Source of the DNA: Saprolegnia diclina VS20
Taxonomy: Eukaryota
DNA: 64,000 nt
Assembly: GCF_000281045.1 (NCBI RefSeq)
Contig: NW_008246083.1
Span: 350,625-414,624, forward strand
Reading direction: 5' to 3'
The position numbers and the translations under genes are program-made. Below are positions 1 to 10,774 of the stretch, piece after piece (positions within the stretch are counted from its first letter, which is position 1; every line of letters begins with the position of its first letter). Below the pieces are notes generated by a model, which saw nothing but the letters and a program-made list of their open reading frames with translations, had not been told where the DNA came from and made no database searches.

Positions 1-31
1 CAAACGCATCGACCTAGCACCAAGAGAAAGC

Positions 32-1727
32 TCATTCTCTGTACACTTGCTCGAGGTCGCGTTGGAGATACTGCCGCAGTCGCGACAACGCGGTGCTGGG
101 GGTTGGCACCTCGGGCACGAGGATAACAATGTCGGACGCAGAGAAGATGTGGTCGGGCGGAAGGGGTGTCGAGACCAGAACCGGCGCAACCTCCTCGATG
201 AACGTATGGTACACGCCGCTCGTCGACGCCAAGTGGCCTTGGAACGCAGCGGGATTCGGGCAGTTGGCCAGTCGCACGCGGCCAACGTACTCGAGCTCGC
301 ACCGGTCGGCATGAAAGACTTTGACAAACAGCACGTCGCCCGAGAGCCCTGTCGGGTCGACGAGCAGCTGGCAGCTCGAGTATGCATCCATGTCGACGCC
401 GTCGATGAGCTGGTGGCCGAACAACGGGCGCGGCGGCGACACCGGCGACGGCTGCAGGCACTTGCGTGGGCGCATCGTCTGCCTATCCATACATTTCACT
501 ACGTCGCGTATCGAAGCTAGTGCAAATACCCCGTGAGTACGCTCTGGCTGTAGCTCCAGAGGGTGCAGCCGAGCGGCAATTCGGGCCACTGCTGCCGCAC
601 GAGCGCATGGAGCTCCTCCAACGAGGTGCAAAATGGCACCTCCACCACGGCCGATGGCTCCTTCGGTACGAGTCCTCGGCCGCGGTACTTCACCAGGTCG
701 GGCTCGAGGTACAACCGCAGCGTCATGCTCATGAGCCGGACGCGCGCTGAAACGCAGAGCGCGCCATTCGACGACAAGTAGCCGCCAGATGGACTCTTGA
801 GCGTCTCGAGGTCGCCGAGCGCGTGCACGCCCCAGTTGAAGAGAGTCGTGTCAAACCGGTTGTCGTGCAGCGACGCATGCCAGAAAATGCTATGCGACAT
901 GAGTACAGCGAAAACCGGACGCAGACTAAGTACTGTTTGGCCGGGTCGGTCGCGTGCTCGATGCAAAGACTAAAGACTGCACATGTGAGCCATGTCGGCA
1001 GCCGCTTCTCGAGATCCGTGACCACCTAATGCCGCCCAGAAGGTTGAGTTAGTCGGTTATGACGTGGTGAGGAGAACGAACGCACGAGGTAGACGGAGAT
1101 GGACCGGCTCGCGTACTCGGGCTCGTGCGGGTTCCCGCGTGGGAAGATCCAGAGACAAAACCGATGGTCGTTGATGGCAAACGTGTCCGTGACAATGCGG
1201 TCGGCGCTGCACTGCGCAAAGTCGGGAATGACCACTCGAATGCTCCCGCGTTGGTTCTTCTACATGCACAGAACACATCAAGACGAGAATGCGAGCCTCC
1301 CGTACCGCATGGCGCTCGAGAAAACACCGCCGCCAGCTTCCACGGTAGAGACGAATGACCTAGTGCGCAACAAGGCATGAGGTGTCGATCAGCTCGAGGT
1401 ACGCACATCGTATTCCGGCGCGCCCGGCAGCTGTGGCAGCGCATGGGCCAAGCTCGGCCACACCACAAGGCAGAGGTTCTTCCACACGGGCGACGCGTGC
1501 GTGAGGCCGTACCACTGCGTGCTAACGCATGCGCAAGCTAGCAAGCTCGGGCCATCAAGGAACGCGAGCACGATGCTGACCACGTCCAGCGGGAAGCAGC
1601 TTTCCGCCCGGAGCGAGGGCTCGACGTACGTAGCCCCCATGACTTGGTTGGCATCCTCCGGGCTCTGCGCGCAGGCCTTGGCGCCTTGGTTGCTGGTCGG
1701 TTGCGGCGCCACGGAGGCGTGCGTCAT
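32..1727 (-). CDS. F-box + MATH/TRAF protein with a C-terminal region resembling USP7/UBP12 UBL domains (multi-exon)
   Basis: F-box motif FPLDVVSIVLAFLDGPSLLACACVSTQW (ORF 1389-1727). MATH-like strands FAINDHRFCLWIFPRGN...ISVYLV...CAVFSLCI...NWG...LCVSARVR spread over short-intron-separated ORFs. C-terminal DVLFVKVFHADRCELEYVGRV. Confidence 0.75.
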
Positions 1728-1870
1728 GAGCGCGACGTGTCTGCCAGTGGTCCCACCGAGTGCTACGCTCGAAAAAGATCCAAAACTTCGAATTTTTACT
1801 TGTGGCAGGATGCCAGAATTACCACATTTAGCCTATTTTTACCTCCGCGATCAGATTTGGCGCCGACGAC

Positions 1871-4038
1871 ATGGAGAGCGCGGGCGCTGACGATCTCCTC
1901 CATGACAACTTGACCAACGTCAAGCGGTACGTCAATCCGTCTTGTACTAGTCTATTATTCTGTCTTATCCTATCGATCCTTCTGTCTCGGAGTAGGACGG
2001 AGGAGATTACGTCTCAAATGCTTCATAAAACCAAAAAAATTCTGGCCACATCCGTGTACGCGCGGAGTCGCGACGACTATGAGCTCCTCGACAAAGTGGG
2101 TACGGTCTACGTCTGCCTCGTTAGAAGGCAAGGACAATATTGTCTTTTACTATTGTACTTTTCTGTGACTAGTGCAATCCATTCACTTTTTTGCCGACAT
2201 CGACCATGCCGAGCGGCTGCAGTACCTCCGCGCCTGCCGCGGCGTCTCGCTCAACAAGGGCCAAGTGCTCTTTTCGATCGGCGACCCCGCCGACTCGTTC
2301 TATTGCGTTCTATCCGGGTACAACGTGCAATGTGCAATATGGATATATATTGATGCTCCTAGCGCGCTCAACGTCGTTGTCGACCTCTCGCGTGTCAAGA
2401 TCCACACCAAGCGTGAGCTAGATGATATTCTAAACCGCGCCAAAATCTACTCGTGCTTGAACAGCCCTGGCGTCGGCACGGGTGTGTTCAATGTTGTCGT
2501 GTCCATATATACATATTCATCTTGTGACGAATTGTGTGTAGAGCAGTCGCCGTACACGACGTCGTACGTTGTGCGCTGCCTCCGGCGGTTCGACTCGTTT
2601 GGCGATGCGGGCATGCTCGCGCCCGATAGCTCGCGGACAGCAACCGTCGTCGCCATCGAAGACACGCTCCTCTTACGCGTCGAGAAGGAAGCGTTCTTGG
2701 ACTGTCGCGTGTTTCGCCAGCGCAAAGAAATCAAGTCGATACCTTGATACAAAGCGAGAGGCTCAAACACTTCTAGTCAAAAGCTCGCGTTCCTTGCCAA
2801 GGTCAAGATCTTCCAGCACTGGACACTCGAGGCCAAGACGCGCTTGTGCCAGCGCCTCGAGCGCGTGCTCAAATCCTACAACGATGTGCTTCTCGCCCAA
2901 GACACGGACCCGCGTACGTTATTTGCGTTGAGCGACCGCCGTAACTCNNNNNNNNNNNNNNNNNNNNNNNNNNNNNNNNNNNNNNNNNNNNNNNNNNNNN
3001 NNNNNNNNNNNNNNNNNNNNNNNNNNNNNNNNNNNNNNNNNNNNNNNNNNNNNNNNNNNNNTCTATTGTATCAACCTGTCCACTTGATACTAAGCATGAA
3101 CGACTTTAGTGGGCAGTGCTTTGGTGCGTACGAGGTCCTGCGCGGCATGCACCGCGGCGCCTTCTCCGTCCTCGTCTCGTCGCCCAGTGCCGTCCTCTAC
3201 CGCATCGAGAAGAGCGGTGCGCTCTGGTGGCGCCACGTCTAATGACTCTACAGTGTGCGTAGACGTGCGCTATTTGGTGTTGAAAGACGCTGTCACGGAG
3301 CAGCTGCTCAAGGCCGACGCCAACGACCTTTACGCGCGCATGCACAAGCAGTCGATCGAGCAGGACCTCGTCATGAACACGCAGTGGCACGAATACAAGG
3401 AAGCCATTGTCGCCGAGGCCACTCCGCGGCGCGGCCAGGCCAAGCTCACGCCGCACTTGCTGCCGTTCGTGCACAGTTTGGACCCGTCTCCGCTGGCGAC
3501 ACCCGGACCCAGCGTTGTGCTGCGTACGGCCGACACTAGCGTTGCCGCTCAAGCCATATTTTGTGTAGCGCCACGATCTCCACCGGTGCGAGGACCGCCC
3601 AAGCCCATGGTGCCGGTGCGGTCCCACGTGCCGCCAGCCGCCGCCTCGGAAAAGCTCTTTCAAAGCCACAAGACGTGGCTGCAGGCATAGAATGTCAATA
3701 TGACCACACTCAAATTCACACAACGAGTGCTAGTGGGCCAAAAATCGTGTCGCCAACGTGTCACTCGTCGACGACGGCGACGCGGCCACACAGGTGCGCT
3801 TCATGACCTCTGCCTTGCTCCCGCCGCAACATTGCGGGCACTAGCTCTCTCGAAATGCATCGACGAGCCGTGCCACGCGTATCTTGTGCGGCAAGGTCAA
3901 GAACGTCAAGCTCGACGACGCCATTCACATCCCGGGCACGGTCCACTCGGTCTTCAAGCACCTCTCGACGGTGCGCACGTTGCCAACGCACGCGCCGTCG
4001 CCCCCTTCTGGGACATGAGGCTCTTCCATAGACGTTAG
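1871..4038 (+). CDS. Cyclic nucleotide-binding domain protein (two cNMP-binding domains, multi-exon, contains assembly gap)
   Basis: GQVLFSIGDPADSFYCVLSG, SFGDAGML...SRTATVVAIEDTLLLRVEKEAF, second domain LAFLAKVKIFQHW...GQCFGAYEVL. 3' end approximate. Confidence 0.7.
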
Positions 4039-4091
4039 TCAAATAGGGAGCGTCAAAATGGATACGATAACTATGACGCCAAGTTGGTAAA

Positions 4092-4700
4092 TTACAAAAG
4101 CACGTTGGACCGTCGCGGGAGACCGAGGCTCGAGCCCCGATGCAACATCATTAACGACGGTGCGCGGCGCGGCGGCAGTGCCGTGAGCTCTTTTCGAGAG
4201 TTCGGGTCGATGTGCAGGAAGGTCTTAATGTACGTGAGGACGGGGCAGAGCGCGAGCTCGCAGTCGGTCAAGTGGTGCGGACTCTGGAGGACCGAGAGCA
4301 AGACAAAGAGAAAATGGTCGAGGCGGTCCTTGCGCGCGGCCGCGATTGTCTGCGCGCTGCACCAAAAGCGCTCGTGTTTGCGCGGGAAGAGCACGGCCGC
4401 GAGCGCCGAATGCAGTGTATGGCAGTCGCAAATGCTAGCGGCGCAAAGGCGGAGGAGCGTCTGTCGAAAAGCATAAAACTCTGAGAACCGCTTGGGCACC
4501 AGCCAGCGCTCGGCGCCGGTGTCGACGAGGATGCTGTACGAAATGACGTTGGTGGTACTCTGCGTTGTCGTGAGCGTGTACGCCTCGTCCTCGTGGAGCG
4601 TGCGAGTGTCGAGGCTGTCGAGGCTCACGATCGTGGCAAAGACACCGGCGAGCGGCGGTCGGCCAGGATGCGGCATCCTGCGCAAAGCAAAGAGTGACAC
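4092..4700 (-). CDS. PX-domain protein, paralog 1
   Basis: YSILVDTGAERWLVPKRFSEFYAFRQTL...FPRK...ARKDRLDHFL, the typical PX signature; single exon. Confidence 0.8.
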   Translation of the reverse strand: MSLFALRRMPHPGRPPLAGVFATIVSLDSLDTRTLHEDEAYTLTTTQSTTNVISYSILVDTGAERWLVPKRFSEFYAFRQTLLRLCAASICDCHTLHSALAAVLFPRKHERFWCSAQTIAAARKDRLDHFLFVLLSVLQSPHHLTDCELALCPVLTYIKTFLHIDPNSRKELTALPPRRAPSLMMLHRGSSLGLPRRSNVLL

Positions 4701-5062
4701 GCGCTGTCACGCGCAGCGAGTGGTGTTCTTCTTGCGCTGGCTATCGTCGTCCTTGTGACGCTGCCACGTGGGCGCGGACCACATGGAAATGCGAGCTTTG
4801 TTTTACTACCAAGTGCTAATAAGCCACAAACGTCCGACGCGTCGACTGCGGAGCGGTTGGAGATGACAGCGCTTCCTCGGGATGAGATTCGCGAGCTCTC
4901 GACCGTTCATTGCATGGATCGACTCGATACAGACGGCCCTGGACCCCGCCTCACGACGGCTACCACGTACTACGTTAGACGGCTGGGTACAGTATCGGAA
5001 AGCCTTGTGAGGCACACAAACATGGACTCGATTACATCAAGTTGATACGGAAAGACACCGAG

Positions 5063-5614
5063 TCACGACCACTTGAGAGGAGCATGCACGGGGCTATTGA
5101 TGATCTCGTCGTGCTCGCGAATCGTGTAGATGGGCTCCGAGAGCTTCCGGCTGCGACTCGCTGCGCTCAGTGGAAGTCGCCGCAGAAGAGCGTCGTGGTG
5201 GTGGCCACGGACCTCGAGGAACTTGCGAATGAGCCGCAAGATCGGGCACGACGTCCCGTTGCACGTGTACGCGTGCGTCGACGGCTGCAAAAGACTGAGG
5301 AGGACCGAGACGAAGTGCGTGAGCCGGTCCTGGCGGTCGAGAGCGACCCGCTCGGGTTTGCGCCAGAACGCGAGGCTCCGCCGAGGAAAGGCGAGGCCCG
5401 CGAGCGGCGCATGGAGCAAGCGGCACTCGCAGTCGCTGCAGCGCGTCATCATGAGGAGGACTCGCCGGAACCGATGAAAGTCCGAGAAGCGCTTGTGGAG
5501 AATCCAGCGCGCGGCGCCGTTCTCGAGCAGCACGCCGTAGGCAAAGACGTCCTGCTCGCGCGTGACGCTGACGATCGCGGCCGAGAGGCCGAGGAAGATG
5601 TCGTCCATGACCAT
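5063..5614 (-). CDS. PX-domain protein, paralog 2
   Basis: YGVLLENGAARWILHKRFSDFHRFRRVL...FPRR...DRQDRLTHFV. Confidence 0.8.
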   Translation of the reverse strand: MVMDDIFLGLSAAIVSVTREQDVFAYGVLLENGAARWILHKRFSDFHRFRRVLLMMTRCSDCECRLLHAPLAGLAFPRRSLAFWRKPERVALDRQDRLTHFVSVLLSLLQPSTHAYTCNGTSCPILRLIRKFLEVRGHHHDALLRRLPLSAASRSRKLSEPIYTIREHDEIINSPVHAPLKWS

Positions 5615-6360
5615 TTCAAGTGTGCTTCATGCAATCGCACGCGATCGGGTGGTAGCAGGTGACAACTAGTACCGTACACGCCACACGAATTACGCGGTCC
5701 TACAGCATGGGACACTCTGCTTCGAGCACTGGACCCACGCGGCTTCTTCGGAGATTGCGTTGTCTGTCGCGATCCAAGATGATATGCTGCGGTGTCGACA
5801 GGCGTCTGCTTTCTCGCATACCGTACTGCGTACTCGTACCATGCACCTGCCACCTTGTTTGCTATCGGTATCGTTGAGACTCGCAGCAAGAATCTCGAGC
5901 TTGAGAGGGTAACACTCGTTGTGCAAGACGCAGGATCTTAGTACTACCGAGTGCGTTGGGCCAGTAAACGTTGCGCGTCTGGTCGTCGCCGTCGGGCAGA
6001 GAGGATGAGTGCTGATAGTAGTGTAAGGTCTGGGCATGAACATGGGATTTGGGTGCGCTGCGGAAGGGGCCAAGTCGATCGACTTGATTGCTCTATGGCG
6101 CGCGTCATGGCGCTGACAATGTGTCCAGTTACAAGCGGCCGCAAGTCATTCCCACAGAGACGCAGCGAGGTGTATTCTCCACCTAGCGCTGACGCAGGGA
6201 GCGTGGCGAGTGAGCAAGCACTAAGGAACAAATCCGCATTCGATTAGTCTTGTCGCAGGCGATGTGCTACCGAGATTCCCACGTCCCTTGAAGATCGACG
6301 CTTCGGACTCCATATAAACAAGCTGCCTCTAATTGCAATATATATATGGACAATAGTGTC

Positions 6361-7011
6361 CTAGACCCAATGTGTTGTTGTGGTCATTATGAATCTGCAA
6401 TTGATCACTTCGTCGTCTTCGCGGATCGGATAAATAGGGAGGTTGTGGCTTGGCGACTGGACACGCTGGGGCGTCTTGGGCGGGAGGTCACGGAGGAGTA
6501 GCTGGCCTTGGTCGCACTTGCGCGCGGCCGGGACGACGTGGAGAAAGGCGTGGATAAGGCCAAGCACGGGGCACTGGGCATGCTCGCACGCGACCAAGTG
6601 GTCCTTTTGCTGCAAGAGGATCAGGAGCACGCTCAGAAACTGGCTCAGACGGTCTTGGCGGTCCATCGCGATGCGCTCGGCGGGCCGCCACGGCAGAAAG
6701 TTGGCCTCCTTCTTCGGAAACACCATCGACGACAAGGTCAGCCAGAGGTACTGGCAGCGACACGTGCACTTGCTCGTCAAGCGCAGCAGCTCGAGGCGGA
6801 AGCGGTGGAACTCGGAGAATCGGCGGTGGAGCAGCCAGCGCTCCGAGCCGTTCTCGACGAGGATCGCGAATGCCAGCGATGCGTGCTGCCGGTCTTTGGT
6901 GATGCTGAGGATCGTCGCCGAGAGGCCGAGAAGGGGGAATCGGACCGGCGTCGGGCGTACGCGGAGCTTTGGTGCTAGCATGGCAAATATGTTGTATGAG
7001 GGCTTGGTCAT
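6361..7011 (-). CDS. PX-domain protein, paralog 3
   Basis: FAILVENGSERWLLHRRFSEFHRFRLEL...FPKK...DRQDRLSQFL. Start uncertain (MTKPSY at ~7011, ORF open to 7155). Confidence 0.8.
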   Translation of the reverse strand: MTKPSYNIFAMLAPKLRVRPTPVRFPLLGLSATILSITKDRQHASLAFAILVENGSERWLLHRRFSEFHRFRLELLRLTSKCTCRCQYLWLTLSSMVFPKKEANFLPWRPAERIAMDRQDRLSQFLSVLLILLQQKDHLVACEHAQCPVLGLIHAFLHVVPAARKCDQGQLLLRDLPPKTPQRVQSPSHNLPIYPIREDDEVINCRFIMTTTTHWV

Positions 7012-7592
7012 CGAGCGCACTGAGCGCACCAGCCGGAGAAGGCTAGAGTCGGTCGACAGAAGGACACGAATTTCGTGGCAGCTCCTCGCTGGATCTCGAG
7101 CACATTTGCCAGCGATATGCTGCAAACGGCCATGCCCAGCGTGCGCCGACCACAAGCATGTGATGTCCCGACCGTATTGCGTTTTGATAATGATACGCTT
7201 CGTCGTGGTCCAATCCGGTCACAGGATGTGATGCAGCCCGCCGTCGCTGTCCGACGCCGTGAAAAGGCCATCCAGTTGCTGCATGCAGGCGCTGCCACGT
7301 ATGCTCGTCGCCACCGATTGGCTCCATCGCCGCCATCGGACGCGCTGCTAATGCCCCATACAGCGACAAGACGGCGTGTGCAATCACTTTTGACCATGTA
7401 ATAACTCAACGCTGGCTCTGGAGCTCGCTCACAATTTGTGCAAGCGTACCAGACGGGTTTGTCGACTGGTTGAGAGAGAACGCGATCCAGTCGCACCACC
7501 ACTGGATGTCCGCTACCCTGTACCAAGCACCACGCACATTTGTAAGTGAACAGAGAACACCACGCATTACGACGCAAAGATAGCAGCAAACA

Positions 7593-8378
7593 CTACACGT
7601 AGAGCTCGTCGCCCTTGCAAATGCGCCGCGCTGCCACAACGACGCGGTTATGGATCTCGCAGTTGGGTGGGTGGCGTCGCTTGAGCTGTGTCGGCCACTC
7701 GACCACTGCCTCGTTCTCCGGTGGCGCGTCGCCGTCGGAGGGGCTCGCGGTTGCTGCCCGCTTCGACTGATTCGAGACGACGCGTCGGGTTCGCAACGAG
7801 GTTGAGGAGCTCGGCTGCACGTGTGCTTGGTCGGCTCCATGGTGACGTGCGACAGCGCTCGTACCCGATCGCTCGATCTTCGTACGCTTCCGGTCTGTCG
7901 GCGACGCCAACGGCAACGATGGACTTGAGCGCCTCACCTCCTGGATACGGCGTTCGGCGTCCCATGCATCGGTCATGGCATACAGCCACGCGTCGCGCTC
8001 CTCGGCGTTCGCCGGGATACCTCGTCGGTTGTGAGTGACCAGGGCCAAGCGCCGTTCCAAGTGCCATGCCAACGCGTTGGACATCGAGCGCGTGCGCACG
8101 TAGAGAGAGATGCAGCGCGCATTCTCATTCTCGAGGAGGCGGACAATTTCTGCGCTGTCCATGGCGGGGCGGGGCGGGAGCGCCATGTTGCACTCGTGCC
8201 ATGCACCCTCGGCCGCGAGGATCTCGTCGCCGATCGCGAGACCGGCCAAGTACGCTGGCGACTGCGGCAAGACGACAGAGACGATGACGCTTCGCTGTGC
8301 ACCGCCGCCTTTGGTCGATAGGCCGAACGACTGAGAGGCGGTCCGTCGGCAGATCAGTCGCCACGACGAAGCTGCCAT
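7593..8378 (-). CDS. PDZ-domain protein with low-complexity C-terminus
   Basis: SFGLSTKGG...VIVSVVLPQSPAYLAGLAIGDEILAAEG is a PDZ consensus. Confidence 0.75.
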   Translation of the reverse strand: MAASSWRLICRRTASQSFGLSTKGGGAQRSVIVSVVLPQSPAYLAGLAIGDEILAAEGAWHECNMALPPRPAMDSAEIVRLLENENARCISLYVRTRSMSNALAWHLERRLALVTHNRRGIPANAEERDAWLYAMTDAWDAERRIQEVRRSSPSLPLASPTDRKRTKIERSGTSAVARHHGADQAHVQPSSSTSLRTRRVVSNQSKRAATASPSDGDAPPENEAVVEWPTQLKRRHPPNCEIHNRVVVAARRICKGDELYV

Positions 8379-9127
8379 GCCAGTATCAAACAGAAATAAA
8401 ACCCGTCCAAGACGGGTTGCGTTAAAACCAGCTAAAGACGCGTTGCGTTAAAATGCTTTAACCCGTCTTGACGGCACCAAAACCTCAAGCGTCGCATGTG
8501 AGACCTAAGGACGTTAAACAGGTGAAACGAAGCTGAAAAGGTATTTCGTCAGCACCGTCTCGGAAAAGCCTTCCTTCAATCATCAGGGGACCTCATGCGC
8601 GCTCGTTTGCATCGACGGGCCGCAGCAGCTGAGGAGCAAAGCTTGTGCCCGACAGGCGACGTGCCGATCATTCTCAGGCGCGACGAGCCGTGGAGCATCT
8701 GTACTATCGGTGCCTAGACGAGGCTGGTGCACCTGGTTCTTGAAGTCATTCTGTGCCAATTCCATCCACACCACAGGCCTATACTACGCCAGGCCTCGTT
8801 GTCGTTCACCTCTCAATCACGCACTCCTCGCTTGCAAGACCAGCGACAGTCCGAGGTATCCTGTCGTCGACGAGTATCTTTCGTGTCTAGCTCTGCTCAG
8901 ATTCAGGCTTGGACGACAGCGTCGGGGCGCTCGAGGACAATATCTATAGCTCCGAGGTGCGTCCACAGTATCGTAGGCGCTACGGCTGCCAGGTGTCATC
9001 TGCCCTCGCGCAACGCTGTGGCGACAGGCACGGCCCATTGACGTACGAGCGAGCCCTTGCCGTTCAACTGGAACTGGGGTGAGCATCCGACGCGCGCCTG
9101 TCGCTGACACCCAAGAGCAGATGACTC

Positions 9128-9648
9128 ATGTTCGTGCATGGCATTTGCGAATTCCCCATGCACTGCTACTTTGGCGACTGCGTCCACGAAGCCCTGGAGG
9201 GATCGTGGCGCTGCCACTTCCACCGGCACCGGCTCAAGTGCAACATCGCCGAGTGCCGCAACCAAGTGTATGCACGCGGCCTCTGCGTCCGGCATGGCGG
9301 CAAATCGCGCTGCCAAGTCGACGCGTGCGACACCAACGTGCGCGACGGCAGCTTCTGCGCCAAGCACGGGGGCGGGAAGCGGCGAGGCAATTGCATCGAA
9401 GCCGGATGTGTCAACCGGGCACAGGCGCGCCAGCGTTGCATTCGCCATGGCGGCGGGAACCACTGCCGCGCCGACAACTGCCTCAAGTACGCACGCACGA
9501 ACGGGCTTTGCACCCGCCACAGTCGTGCTCTCATGACGCTGCCATGGCTTGCCAAGCCGGTGCCGGTGGAGCCGACTCCAGCCGTATCGATGGCGGAGTC
9601 GGACGACTGGATAGACTGTGCGATCCTTGCCGACCTCTGTCGCCTCAG
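9128..9648 (+). CDS. Cys/His zinc-finger repeat protein (WRKY19-like CxxHGG repeats), truncated by gap
   Basis: Repeats C-x4-C...GLCVRHGG, FCAKHGGG, RCIRHGGG, GLCTRH. This family is expanded in oomycetes. Runs into the N gap. Confidence 0.8.
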
Positions 9649-10089
9649 NNNNNNNNNNNNNNNNNNNNNNNNNNNNNNNNNNNNNNNNNNNNNNNNNNNN
9701 NNNNNNNNNNNNNNNNNNNNNNNNNNNNNNNNNNNNNNNNNNNNNNNNNNNNNNNNNNNNNNNNNNNNNNNNNNNNNNNNNNNNNNNNNNNNNNNNNNNN
9801 NNNNNNNNNNNNNNNNNNNNNNNNNNNNNNNNNNNNNNNNNNNNNNNNNNNNNNNNNNNNNNNNNNNNNNNNNNNNNNNNNNNNNNNNNNNNNNNNNNNN
9901 NNNNNNNNNNNNNNNNNNNNNNNNNNNNNNNNNNNNNNNNNNNNNNNNNNNNNNNNNNNNNNNNNNNNNNNNNNNNNNNNNNNNNNNNNNNNNNNNNNNN
10001 NNNNNNNCCTCGTAACTCAGGTGCTGACAACGGCGCGGCTCGCTGGGCAGTCGTCGAAGACATCACTGCATTGTACACGGACTACGACT

Positions 10090-10468
10090 CTATTGCTTTA
10101 GGAAGAAATAATAAAAGAAGAAGACGTCGGCGATCGTGAGGAGCACGATGATGAACCATAAGCAGATCTTGCGGCGTAGCGCGCGGTCGCGGATCTGGAC
10201 TAAATAGTGGTTGACCTGCGTCGTTGCGCTGTTCGTCTCGTGGACCATGTCCTTCATGTCCTGGAACTGGCCCCGCTGGCTCTCGAGCTCCACGAGCACA
10301 TGCCGAGCCGTCAAGTCGGCCTGTGCGATCGTTTGCTTGGTGCGCTCCAGCTTGTCGGAGGTCTCCATGAGCCGCTGTACGTTCTAATCAGCGGGCGCAT
10401 GAGCATGCGTCGTGTCTGGAGTCCATGCGACGTACCGGGTCGCCATGGTACGTGCCATAGTTGCTCAT
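10090..10468 (-). CDS. Short Qb-SNARE (VTI1-like) with C-terminal TM helix
   Basis: Exon 1 MSNYGTYHGDP, a GT..AG intron, then NVQRLMETSDKLERTKQTI...VLVELESQRGQF...IRDRALRRKICLWFIIVLLTIADVFFFYYF. Confidence 0.75.
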
Positions 10469-10774
10469 GTTCTTCTTCGCCCCGAGGAGACCGCTCGTGG
10501 AAGTGCTCATCCTGCCCACGAAATTGCGAAAATGACGGGTAAAAACGCTTTAATATTTCGCAGCCAATCACCGACGCGTAGCAGCCTTGGCACAGCCAAT
10601 CACAACGACTTGAACCCTACCACCTTCGTTTTTTCAGCCAATGGCCAGGCGGGATGCATCAGGGTTGAAGATGCCAGACGCACGACGTCCCAGGCCAGCG
10701 TCGCGACAGGCCTCGAGGCAGCCAGCCACCCGGGAACTCGACTGGGTTGAGCATCATCCGCTCGGCCCACATCT

